Shown here piece after piece: positions 32,117 to 40,466 of a stretch of 64,000 nucleotides of DNA (within the stretch, counting starts at the first letter, position 1; every line of letters starts with the position of its first letter). This stretch comes from Ignavibacteriota bacterium (GTDB lineage Bacteria; Bacteroidota; Ignavibacteria; UBA10030; SZUA-254), in the NCBI GenBank assembly GCA_025358305.1, contig JANYJZ010000018.1:19403-83402 (forward strand). The letters run 5' to 3'. The position numbers and the translations under genes were made by a program. Under the pieces are notes generated by a model, which saw nothing but the letters and a program-made list of their open reading frames with translations, did no database searches and was not told the origin of the DNA.

Positions 32117-32634
32117 GCCTTCACCCGCGGGGTCCGCCGCATGGGACGAAAGACGGCGAACGCGACGCTGGTGTAATAGCACATGAGCGCGATCATCGGG
32201 ACACCGGAGAGAGCTGCGAGGCGGTGGATGAAGAGCTTGCGAAATTCCACGAGATCATTCGAGCCCTGGTGGTCGAGAAGCCACATGCGGCCGTCCAGGA
32301 TCATCGTATAGATCTCGACCGGCGTAAAGAGGAAGAAGAGGATCGCGGCCGCGACGAGCCACCCGTTCTCCCGGAAGGTGAAACGGCAGGTCGCGAGATA
32401 CACAAAGGCGGAGACCCAGCAGGTGATGTACGCGACGCCGATGATGAGGGAACTCTGCGCCACGAGGCTGAAGACGGCCCGCTCGACGTATGGGTGGATG
32501 TTCGGCTTGAATTCGAGCGTCCCCACCTGGAGGAGGTCGAACCCGACGACGGCACGGACATTGAGGCCCCCGAGCCAGAACCCTGCGGAGAGGCAGAGGA
32601 CGAAGAGCGATATTTTTGCCGTGCGGTTTTCCAT
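32113..32634 (-). CDS. Hypothetical membrane protein (about 4 TM)
   Basis: Hydrophobic segments; own promoter TTGCAA-N17-TATGTT. Confidence 0.7.
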   Translation of the reverse strand: MENRTAKISLFVLCLSAGFWLGGLNVRAVVGFDLLQVGTLEFKPNIHPYVERAVFSLVAQSSLIIGVAYITCWVSAFVYLATCRFTFRENGWLVAAAILFFLFTPVEIYTMILDGRMWLLDHQGSNDLVEFRKLFIHRLAALSGVPMIALMCYYTSVAFAVFRPMRRTPRVKA

Positions 32635-32716
32635 TTTGCCGCCCTAACATAGCGGTTTTCCGCGAGAGTTGCAAGATGCGGCAATACGACGGGCGGACGC
32701 GAAGCGAGAGGGACGC

Positions 32717-33139
32717 TTAGCGAGGCGAGCGTGCGTCGAGCATGTAGTTCTTCACCCAGCTCAGTTCGGCAAGGAGCGCCGTGAGGCTGGCCATGGAGCT
32801 CTGGGAGAGCGTGAGAAAGGTGTCGAGGATGTGTTGGCGAAACTCGCCGGGAGATTCCTTGATGATGGTCCGGAGGATCGTCGAGGTCTTTTCGAGCATC
32901 CGGTTGAGCTCCGCACCGAGCGGCACCGCGTCCGCATTGTCCGCCCCCACGCGCTTCAGGATGTGGAGCGCGTTCGTGACAAACTTGGCGTGGAACACGA
33001 GATCGTCGAAGAGCTGCTCGTGTGCGCGCGCGCGGGAGAGTTCCAGGAGCGTCACCATCTCCCGGCGGTACTGAAACGAGCGCTGCGCGAACGCCTCGGC
33101 GGCGGCGATGAAGGCGCGGGGCTCCTCCGGGGACGTCAT
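32717..33139 (-). CDS. Hypothetical all-helical protein coupled to the sensor kinase
   Basis: ATGA overlap with the kinase stop; host-like codon usage. Confidence 0.65.
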   Translation of the reverse strand: MTSPEEPRAFIAAAEAFAQRSFQYRREMVTLLELSRARAHEQLFDDLVFHAKFVTNALHILKRVGADNADAVPLGAELNRMLEKTSTILRTIIKESPGEFRQHILDTFLTLSQSSMASLTALLAELSWVKNYMLDARSPR

Positions 33140-34617
33140 CCAGGGAGGAGAACAGTGAAGGTCGAGCCGTGTCCGACCTCGCTTGCGACGCTCACGCGGC
33201 CGCCGTGGGCCTCCGTGACGTGCTTGACGAGGGCGAGGCCGAGTCCGGAGCCCTTCTCGTTGACGAGCGGGGTATTCTTTGCCTGGTAGAACTTTTCGAA
33301 GAGCTTCTCAAGGTCGGGTTTGGGGATGCCGACGCCGCTGTCTTGCACGTCGATCTGAACGCAGCCATTGGCGCTTGGCGTCACCCCTTCGCACTGCGCG
33401 CGTTTCGTGATGCGCACGGTGATCGTCCCCTGCTCCGGCGTATACTTCAGGGCATTCGAAAGGAGGTTGCTGAAGGCCTGGCTGATCCTGTCCTTGTCGA
33501 GCGAGAGAGTCCCGGTCTCCTCCGGGAGGAACTCGAGATTGATCGAGCGCGTTTGGGCGATGAGCTGTGCCTCGCCCACGAGCGGCGTGAGGACCTCGAT
33601 GAGGTTCTGCGGCGCAAAATTGAACTTCATAAGCCCCGCCTCCATCTTCGCGATGTCGAGGAAAGAGTTCACGAACTGGTTGATGCGGTTCGTCGCCTGG
33701 TGGATCATGCCGACGGCGTCGCGCTGGCGCTGGGTGAGGACCGGTCCGTCCTTCGTGTGGATGATGGAGTAGCACCCCGCCTTGATGACCTGGAGTGGCG
33801 TGCGCATCTCATGGGAAATCTCCGACATCATCTGCATGCGCATCTCGTCGAGCTGCTGCAGCTTCTCGCTCATGAGATTGAAGGCGCGCGTCAGATCCGC
33901 AACCTCGTCGTTCGTCGTCACCGGGACGGTCTCGTAGGTCCCTTCACCCACCTTCTCCGTGCCCGCCTTGAGCGCCTTGATCGGCTTCGTGAGCGTACGG
34001 ACCATCATGAATGTCAATCCGACGCCGATCGCGAGCGAGAGCATGAGACCCACGACCGCCGCCTCGATGGCGGTGTCCATCCGTTTCGGGATCTCGTCCT
34101 GGGTCCGCATCACGGGGCCGACGTATTTGTCGCGCATCGCGACGAGCATGCCGCGCAATGGGACGGCAAGTGCGTGTTCGCGAGCCTGCACCTCGAGGGT
34201 GTCGGCCGCGAGCCAGCCTCGGGCAAAGAGGGCTCGGACGAAGTCGTCGTACGCGAGATGGAAGCTCCGGATCGAATCGACCCTCGCCGAGTCCGTGAGG
34301 TCCGTCGCGCTGAGCGAGTCCTCGTTCGCGAGGAACCGCCTGTTGAACATCGCATAGAGCGCTGGGTCGTTGGGACCCGCATTACGCAGGACTTTCTGGG
34401 TCACAGTCTGCTGGGCGGAAAAATTGTCGATCATATCGAGCGTCATCTGGAGCTTGCGGTATTCGTTCGAACGTCCGCTCGCGAGCCCGCTCTGCAGCCC
34501 CTTGAGGATGGTGAGGCTGAATCCGATGATAATGACGATGACGATGATGACCCCGCCAAAGAACTTGCCGAAGAGGGAGGAACGACGGCGCGATATTTTT
34601 CGTGGCTGTTCGGTCAT
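33136..34617 (-). CDS. HAMP-domain sensor histidine kinase
   Basis: 2 TM, periplasmic helical domain, HAMP, SHEMRTP, NALKY, DSGVG, GSGLGL. Confidence 0.93.
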   Translation of the reverse strand: MTEQPRKISRRRSSLFGKFFGGVIIVIVIIIGFSLTILKGLQSGLASGRSNEYRKLQMTLDMIDNFSAQQTVTQKVLRNAGPNDPALYAMFNRRFLANEDSLSATDLTDSARVDSIRSFHLAYDDFVRALFARGWLAADTLEVQAREHALAVPLRGMLVAMRDKYVGPVMRTQDEIPKRMDTAIEAAVVGLMLSLAIGVGLTFMMVRTLTKPIKALKAGTEKVGEGTYETVPVTTNDEVADLTRAFNLMSEKLQQLDEMRMQMMSEISHEMRTPLQVIKAGCYSIIHTKDGPVLTQRQRDAVGMIHQATNRINQFVNSFLDIAKMEAGLMKFNFAPQNLIEVLTPLVGEAQLIAQTRSINLEFLPEETGTLSLDKDRISQAFSNLLSNALKYTPEQGTITVRITKRAQCEGVTPSANGCVQIDVQDSGVGIPKPDLEKLFEKFYQAKNTPLVNEKGSGLGLALVKHVTEAHGGRVSVASEVGHGSTFTVLLPG

Positions 34618-34667
34618 GCGGTGCGTTCAGTAAGCGAACTCAGAGGGTGCCGGCGGCAAGACGACGA

Positions 34668-34740
34668 AAGCCGGATTCCTGAGAGCCCTCGAGAGGCGCC
34701 TTCTTGCGGCGCTCCCCCCTTGCTCACGGGAATCCGGCTT
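34668..34740. other. Long hairpin in the kinase 5' leader
   Basis: Perfect 12-bp AAGCCGGATTCC/GGAATCCGGCTT stem, extended, with an inner GGCGCC/GGCGCT stem. Confidence 0.6.
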
Positions 34741-34787
34741 CTCTTCGCCATGGAAATATGTTCTCGTCTGATGTTCGATGCGGGGGA

Positions 34788-34858
34788 AAGATAGGCCAGA
34801 ATTAGCAGAAAGTCAAATGCGCCAGGAATTTGCAAAGAATTCCTCCATTATGTACATT
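34788..34858. promoter_or_regulatory. Back-to-back divergent promoters: minus TTGACT-N17-TATCTT (34816-34788), plus TTGCAA-N17-TACATT (34830-34858)
   Basis: Hexamers and spacers read directly. Confidence 0.65.
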
Positions 34859-34904
34859 TATCGAGCTCAATAACTGTTCATTCACCGTACGCTACGGGGG
34901 TATC

Positions 34905-36065
34905 ATGCGTGGATTTTCGTGCACGTTCGCGTGCGTTCTGTTCATCCTCACGTTCTGGTCGGGGGCGCTCGCGCTGCCGCGGTTCGCACTCATGGCCGGG
35001 GCAAAATGCGGGTCCTGCCACGTCAATCCGACCGGGGGTCAGATACGGACCGACTACGGTCTGAGCTACGGGATGGACGCCCTCCCCTTGCGGACGGGCA
35101 AGGGCGAAGGCGACGACGCCGGTTTCACGTTCAACCCGAAACTCTCCGAGAACTTCACCATCGGCGCCGATTTCCGGCGGCAGTTCATCATAGAACAGAC
35201 GGGCGGTGCCTCGGCGTTCCACTTGATGACGATGTCGCTCTACGGCTCCGTACAGCTCCAGAAAAGGCTTGTCTTCTTCTTCAAGCAGGACCTCGTCAAC
35301 GAGACGTACGGCGCCCTGGGCGGCCCCGAGGTCTTCATCGTGGCGAAGATCCTCCCCGGAGGCTGGTACGTCAAGGGCGGTGACTTCCTTCCTGATTACG
35401 GATGGCGCCTGGACGACCACACCGCCTACGTCCGCGGGGGCGACCTCGGGTTCCTCCCGGGGTTTGCGGGCCACGCAGGGCTCATCTTCCTCCCCAACTA
35501 CAAGGACATCGGCATGGAGTTCGGCGGATATGCCGGAGGGTTCTTCATCACGGCGGGCGTCTTCAGCGGAAGCGGGAACACGCAGAAGATCTACTTCGAG
35601 AACGATAAAGCCTATAGCGCGAAGATCGAGTACAGCGGGAACATCGAGTCGGTCAATTTCCGGCTCGGGGCGTCGGGGTACGGCTATAAAAGCTACAAAA
35701 TGGGGGGTATTCACGCCGGTCTTGGGACGGCGGATGTCGCCCTGCTGGGGGAGGTTGACGTCACGCACAACACGATCGATCCGTTTGCCGTACCTTCTCC
35801 GGGGGACATCAATGAGTCGGGACGCGCCATGGCCGCCTACGGGGAACTCGACATCCGCGCGGTCCAGGGTGTCTGGTTCACCGGCAAGTACGACGTCTTC
35901 GACCCGATACGCGGCGTCACCGGCGATGCGCTGAAGCGGCTGACCATCGGGATGGAATTTTTCCCCTATCCCTTCGTCGAGTTCCGGCCCCAGTACCGGC
36001 TCGCCATGGAAACGCCGAGCATCGACAATAACACGGGCCTCGTGCAGCTGCACGTCTGGTTCTAA
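34905..36065 (+). CDS. Outer-membrane beta-barrel with N-terminal c-type heme motif (Cyc2-like cytochrome-porin)
   Basis: Signal peptide, then LPRFALMAGAK-CGSCH, amphipathic beta strands, C-terminal VQLHVWF. Confidence 0.75.
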   Translation: MRGFSCTFACVLFILTFWSGALALPRFALMAGAKCGSCHVNPTGGQIRTDYGLSYGMDALPLRTGKGEGDDAGFTFNPKLSENFTIGADFRRQFIIEQTGGASAFHLMTMSLYGSVQLQKRLVFFFKQDLVNETYGALGGPEVFIVAKILPGGWYVKGGDFLPDYGWRLDDHTAYVRGGDLGFLPGFAGHAGLIFLPNYKDIGMEFGGYAGGFFITAGVFSGSGNTQKIYFENDKAYSAKIEYSGNIESVNFRLGASGYGYKSYKMGGIHAGLGTADVALLGEVDVTHNTIDPFAVPSPGDINESGRAMAAYGELDIRAVQGVWFTGKYDVFDPIRGVTGDALKRLTIGMEFFPYPFVEFRPQYRLAMETPSIDNNTGLVQLHVWF

Positions 36066-36094
36066 CATTCACTTTATCGCGGATAGATCATCTC

Positions 36095-36505
36095 ATGAAC
36101 GCAAGAACATTCGTCCTTTTCGGCCTCCTCTGCGCCCTCTCTCTCGGCGCTGCGTGGGCGTACCAGCAGACCAAGAGACAACCGAAGCCGAAACCGGCCG
36201 TCAAGCTCGTCTCTTTCAAGAAGGACGTCGCGCCCGTCCTGAAGAAATACTGCCTCCCGTGCCACACAGAGGAAATGATGAACCCGAGCGAACTCTATCT
36301 TGATAGCTACGAGAACCTCGCATTGGGAGGGAAGCACGGCAAGCCTATCGTCGCCGGCGCGCCCGACTCGAGCCTCCTCATGCAGAAGCTCTCCGCGAAG
36401 GCGCCGTTCGGGGACCGGATGCCCCTGAAGCTCAAAACGCCGTTCCCCGACGACACGCTGAAGGTCCTGAGCGAGTGGATCCTTCAGGGAGCGAAGAACA
36501 ACTGA
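36095..36505 (+). CDS. Periplasmic monoheme cytochrome c (planctomycete-type domain)
   Basis: Signal peptide, VSFKKDVAPVL..YCLPCH, RMP axial Met, WILQGA. Confidence 0.85.
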   Translation: MNARTFVLFGLLCALSLGAAWAYQQTKRQPKPKPAVKLVSFKKDVAPVLKKYCLPCHTEEMMNPSELYLDSYENLALGGKHGKPIVAGAPDSSLLMQKLSAKAPFGDRMPLKLKTPFPDDTLKVLSEWILQGAKNN

Positions 36506-36533
36506 TATCTGCCTCCACTCTACGACACGAACC

Positions 36534-37688
36534 ATGGCGAATTTGACGCACACACAGAAGCTCCAAGTGGATGATTGGCTGCGCGTCGCGGACCAGTTCA
36601 TCCGCGCAGGGCGCTACATCGCAGCGGACGAGATGCTGCAGAAGGTCTTCCAGTCCGATGCGGGCAATGAGATCGCCCGCTCGTACGAGGACCGCATCGA
36701 GTTCCTCATCAAGCAGCTCTCGCAGCGCGTGGGGCTCAACAACGACATTCAGGGTGAGATACGGAAGTACCAGACGATCCACCTCCAGCGAAGGACGAAC
36801 CAGATCCAGTCCGTGCTCATCGGGGCGCAGCGCCTCCTCGACGACGGCTACCTCAAGAAGGCCGCGGAGCAGGGTGCCAAGGCGCTCGTGCTCGACCCGG
36901 AGAACGCCTACGCGCGGGCGTTCGTCCAGCGGGTCACCGAGCTCCAGCGTGAGGCCGGCACGCACGAGGGAAGCGATAACGACCTGAAGTTCCGCGCACT
37001 CCTCATCGAAGCGTGGCGCGACGGTGCGCCCTCCGCGGCGCAGGAAACCGTCCTGGCCCGCCTGCAGCTCGAGTTCCTCATCCCCGAGGCGAATCGGCAC
37101 GAGCTCGAGCGCGACGCGAAGAACCAACTCTACAAGGAGCAGCTCCATTCCATCTGGCTCACCGGTGGGATCTCGTCCTTCACGCCGGGACTTGCCGAAA
37201 GCCTTCGGGAGAAGTTCGGCGTCTCGCGCACGGACTATACAGCGATCGAGACCTCCGTCCTGAGGGAGGTGCGGAAGAACCGGATCAAGGGCACGGTGCT
37301 CGTCGTAGACGAGAACGACGCGTCACTGCTCGAACTGACAACGACGCTCCGGACGAACGGCTACGCCGTCGTCGCCGCGGGGTCGTTCGGCGAGGTGCTG
37401 GCATCCATCAGGGAATTCACGCCCGACGTCATCCTATGCGAACTCTACGTCGGGAACGAGTCGTCGGGGCTCGACGTGTACGAACTCATCCGGAAGACGG
37501 GCGTGACACGGTACGCGCCGTTCTTCTTCCTCGCCGACAAGGTGGACCGGTCAACCGAGATCATCGCCCGGCGGCTCGGGGTCGGCGGGTTCTTCACCCG
37601 GCCCATCGATACCGAGATGCTCCTGGCGACGATCGGCGGCAGGATCGACCACGTGCGCACTCTCCGCGTCGCCGAAACGGCCCCCTAG
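36534..37688 (+). CDS. TPR-like / helical-repeat protein with C-terminal atypical receiver domain
   Basis: ALVLDPENAYA TPR-like segment; receiver fold VLVVDEN...PDVILCE...FFTRP. Confidence 0.75.
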   Translation: MANLTHTQKLQVDDWLRVADQFIRAGRYIAADEMLQKVFQSDAGNEIARSYEDRIEFLIKQLSQRVGLNNDIQGEIRKYQTIHLQRRTNQIQSVLIGAQRLLDDGYLKKAAEQGAKALVLDPENAYARAFVQRVTELQREAGTHEGSDNDLKFRALLIEAWRDGAPSAAQETVLARLQLEFLIPEANRHELERDAKNQLYKEQLHSIWLTGGISSFTPGLAESLREKFGVSRTDYTAIETSVLREVRKNRIKGTVLVVDENDASLLELTTTLRTNGYAVVAAGSFGEVLASIREFTPDVILCELYVGNESSGLDVYELIRKTGVTRYAPFFFLADKVDRSTEIIARRLGVGGFFTRPIDTEMLLATIGGRIDHVRTLRVAETAP

Positions 37689-38596
37689 GGCCTGCGTTCG
37701 AACGCATCGTAGAGCATCCGGGAGATCTTCGCCACGGCGACGGTCGCCGGATTGTCCACCTCCTCCCCTTCCGCGCGCGACTCGTCGCAGAAGATCGCAT
37801 AGACGTACATCCCGCCCGCCCCGGAGACGATCCCCACATCATTCTTTACGCCATCGAGCGACCCAGTCTTGTTCCCGATCCACAACGTCGAGTCGTCCCG
37901 GAACGGCAGGTACCGCGCAGCGAGTTGGACGTCCTGCTGGTGCCGGAGGATCGTGATAATGGAATCGCAGGCGTGTCCTACTTCGGCCGTGCCGCCGGCG
38001 ATCTCCGACAGGAGAAGCGCCATGTCCCCCGGCGAGGAGACCCCGATGCCGAATCGCCGCGCTTCCTCCGTCTTCTTCTTCGTTTCCCAGGAATAAAGTT
38101 TATTGAGGAGCTTCGTCCTGGTGAGGCCGAGCTCCCGCATGCGGCCGTTGACCGCTTCGAGCTTCGCCTCGTGCTCGAGGCCGAGCCGGTCGATGACGTA
38201 GTTCGTCGCGGTGTTGTCGCTCAGGATGATCATGAGCGTCGCCACGTCGATCAAGGGAAGCGCCGTGCCGCCCCGAAGGTACTGGAGCACCCCGCTCCCG
38301 GGCCGGGCCTGGCCCGTATCGAGTTCGACCGGCTCGAGCGGATCGAGGCGGCGTAGTTCAAATTGATGGAAGAGCGCGACGAGGATCGGTAGCTTGATGA
38401 CGCTCGCCGTGGGAAAGAGCGAATCGGCGTTGATCTCCACTTTTGCGCCGGTCCCGAGGTGGCGTGCGGCGACGCCGACCCGCACGCCCTGCTCGGCGGC
38501 GCACTTTAGGATCGCTTCCCGGAGCGCCCCTGCGTCCTGCGCGCGAGCGAAGAACCCGAGCCAGAGCAGAGCGCAGACGATGGCGGTTCGTTTCAT
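37685..38596 (-). CDS. Class A beta-lactamase-fold serine hydrolase (PBP-A-like)
   Basis: Signal peptide, ASVIK, SDN, KTG. Confidence 0.88.
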   Translation of the reverse strand: MKRTAIVCALLWLGFFARAQDAGALREAILKCAAEQGVRVGVAARHLGTGAKVEINADSLFPTASVIKLPILVALFHQFELRRLDPLEPVELDTGQARPGSGVLQYLRGGTALPLIDVATLMIILSDNTATNYVIDRLGLEHEAKLEAVNGRMRELGLTRTKLLNKLYSWETKKKTEEARRFGIGVSSPGDMALLLSEIAGGTAEVGHACDSIITILRHQQDVQLAARYLPFRDDSTLWIGNKTGSLDGVKNDVGIVSGAGGMYVYAIFCDESRAEGEEVDNPATVAVAKISRMLYDAFERRP

Positions 38597-38742
38597 ACAT
38601 TTCTCCTCATTGGTAGGCGTATGGGTAGGCGTAAGCTATGGCTTATTTCTTGAGATTCAATCTCTGCGGGCCTTCCCCCTGAATGGGGCCCGGGTCCGGC
38701 GCGACCGAAAAGTGACGCAGGCAACACAGGAACGCCGAGTGC

Positions 38743-38771
38743 TTGACAATAGCCTCAAATACCTCTATCAT
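38743..38771 (+). promoter_or_regulatory. Near-consensus promoter TTGACA-N17-TATCAT
   Basis: Read directly. Confidence 0.7.
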
Positions 38772-38827
38772 GCGTTAGGGACCGTACGGTCCTTGTTGCC
38801 AACGAATCACGCGAAGGAGTACGACGT

Positions 38828-39574
38828 ATGTATTCGAGAACGCGGTCACAGTTCACGCCGGCTGATTACCGGTTCATTGCCGAGACGCTCTCCCGTGATC
38901 CGTCGCAGCGCAGGGCGATCGTGCGACTCACCGATGACCCGGTTTGCGTGACGTCGATGCTCCACAGCCGGGAGCTCTTCGACCGCTCGATGACGGTGCC
39001 GCCGCTCTTCCTTTCGATCTCGCCGCACCTCTTCTTCTATGTATTCGTCTACCAGGCCCTCGAGAAGCGGGGCGTCGACGACGACGTCGTCGATTACGTA
39101 GCGGCGGTCTGCGTGGAGTTCCGTTCGAGCGCCTCATTCTGGCATCTCGCGCGGACCGAAGGCGGCCGGGCGCTCTACATGGTCGACCTCCTCAATACAC
39201 TCGCGGACGCCGACCGCGCGCAGCAGTATCAACTCCGGCGCTATATCGGGAACGCAACGCTCTTTCTCACCGGGTTCTTCCCCGATTTCATCTTCCGCCG
39301 GAGCCAGGACCGCAGCGCGCCCCCTCTAACCTACTATGAAGCGATCGGCCGGAGCCAGTACGGCACGGCCGCGGGCGAATCGACCGCGTACGACGGGGAC
39401 GCGGCGGCGGTGCTCGCCACCCTCGCCGAACGCTTTGTCGATATCCGCTGCGCGATGAACGTCTACACTGACGCCTACCTGAGCCTCGCCGGACGCGGAC
39501 GAACCCTGCAGGTCCTCCAGCGCCAGACCAAGACGCTCGACGAAGAGGGCTTGCGGGACTCGCTCGAACTTTGA
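38828..39574 (+). CDS. Conserved hypothetical helical protein
   Basis: AAGGAG RBS, own promoter and downstream hairpin; YIGNATLFLTGFFP motif. Confidence 0.75.
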   Translation: MYSRTRSQFTPADYRFIAETLSRDPSQRRAIVRLTDDPVCVTSMLHSRELFDRSMTVPPLFLSISPHLFFYVFVYQALEKRGVDDDVVDYVAAVCVEFRSSASFWHLARTEGGRALYMVDLLNTLADADRAQQYQLRRYIGNATLFLTGFFPDFIFRRSQDRSAPPLTYYEAIGRSQYGTAAGESTAYDGDAAAVLATLAERFVDIRCAMNVYTDAYLSLAGRGRTLQVLQRQTKTLDEEGLRDSLEL

Positions 39575-39605
39575 ACGACACATCCGTTCACTACCACAAG
39601 ATACG

Positions 39606-39635
39606 ATGAGGGCGAGCCGACCGGCTCGCCCTCAT
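39606..39635. terminator. Perfect 13-bp hairpin between convergent genes
   Basis: ATGAGGGCGAGCC-GACC-GGCTCGCCCTCAT. Confidence 0.65.
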
Positions 39636-39679
39636 GCTATCCTAGACCATGGGGTCTCCCCCCCGGTGGGCGGATCACG

Positions 39680-40420
39680 TTATTTGACGCTCGCGGCGAG
39701 GAACTCCCTGTTGAGACGCGCGATGTGCGTGACGGAGATCTCCTTCGGACATTCCGCTTCGCAGGCAAGCGTGTTGGAACAGCCGCCGAAGCCTTCGGCG
39801 TCCATCTGCGCGACCATGCCGAGTACGCGCGCCTCCCTCTCGGGCTTTCCCTGGGGCAGGAGTGCGAGCTGGGAGACCTTCGCGCTCAGGAAGAGCATCG
39901 CGGAGGAATTCTTGCACGCCGCGACGCACGCCCCGCAGCCGATGCAGGCCGCCGCGTCGAATGCCTCGTCGGCGACGACCTTTGGAATGGGGATGACGTT
40001 CCCGTCCGGCACTCCGCCCGTATCCACCGTGACGTAGCCGCCAGCCTGGATGATCCGGTCGAGTCCGGAGCGGTCCACGACGAGGTCCTTGATCACAGGG
40101 AACGCCTTCGCGCGCCACGGCTCGATGGTGATCGGCTCGGATTCCTTGAAGGACCGCATGTAGAGCTGGCACGTCGCGACGCCCCTCGCCGGACCGTGCG
40201 CACGGCCGTTGATATACATGCCGCAAGTTCCGCAGATGCCTTCCCGGCAGTCATGGTCGAAGGCGATCGTGTCGTGGCCGTTCCTGGCGAGATCGAGATT
40301 CACAAGGTCGATCATCTCGAGGAACGACATGTCGGGAGAGATATTGGAAGCAGTGTACTCGACCATCTTCCCTTGCGCGGCGCTGCTGGTTTGGCGCCAG
40401 ACCTTCAGTGTAAAATTCAT
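39680..40420 (-). CDS. sdhB: Succinate dehydrogenase/fumarate reductase Fe-S subunit
   Basis: [34 protein letters not shown]. Confidence 0.95.
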   Translation of the reverse strand: MNFTLKVWRQTSSAAQGKMVEYTASNISPDMSFLEMIDLVNLDLARNGHDTIAFDHDCREGICGTCGMYINGRAHGPARGVATCQLYMRSFKESEPITIEPWRAKAFPVIKDLVVDRSGLDRIIQAGGYVTVDTGGVPDGNVIPIPKVVADEAFDAAACIGCGACVAACKNSSAMLFLSAKVSQLALLPQGKPEREARVLGMVAQMDAEGFGGCSNTLACEAECPKEISVTHIARLNREFLAASVK

Positions 40421-40466
40421 AGAGCGTCAGTAAGTCTGTGAGTCGTCGTTGTCGTTGATGTCTGCG

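Noticed and set aside
38719..38745. Possible CIRCE (HrcA) operator
   Set aside because: Only the right half (GAGTGCT) matches; the left arm does not fit TTAGCACTC.
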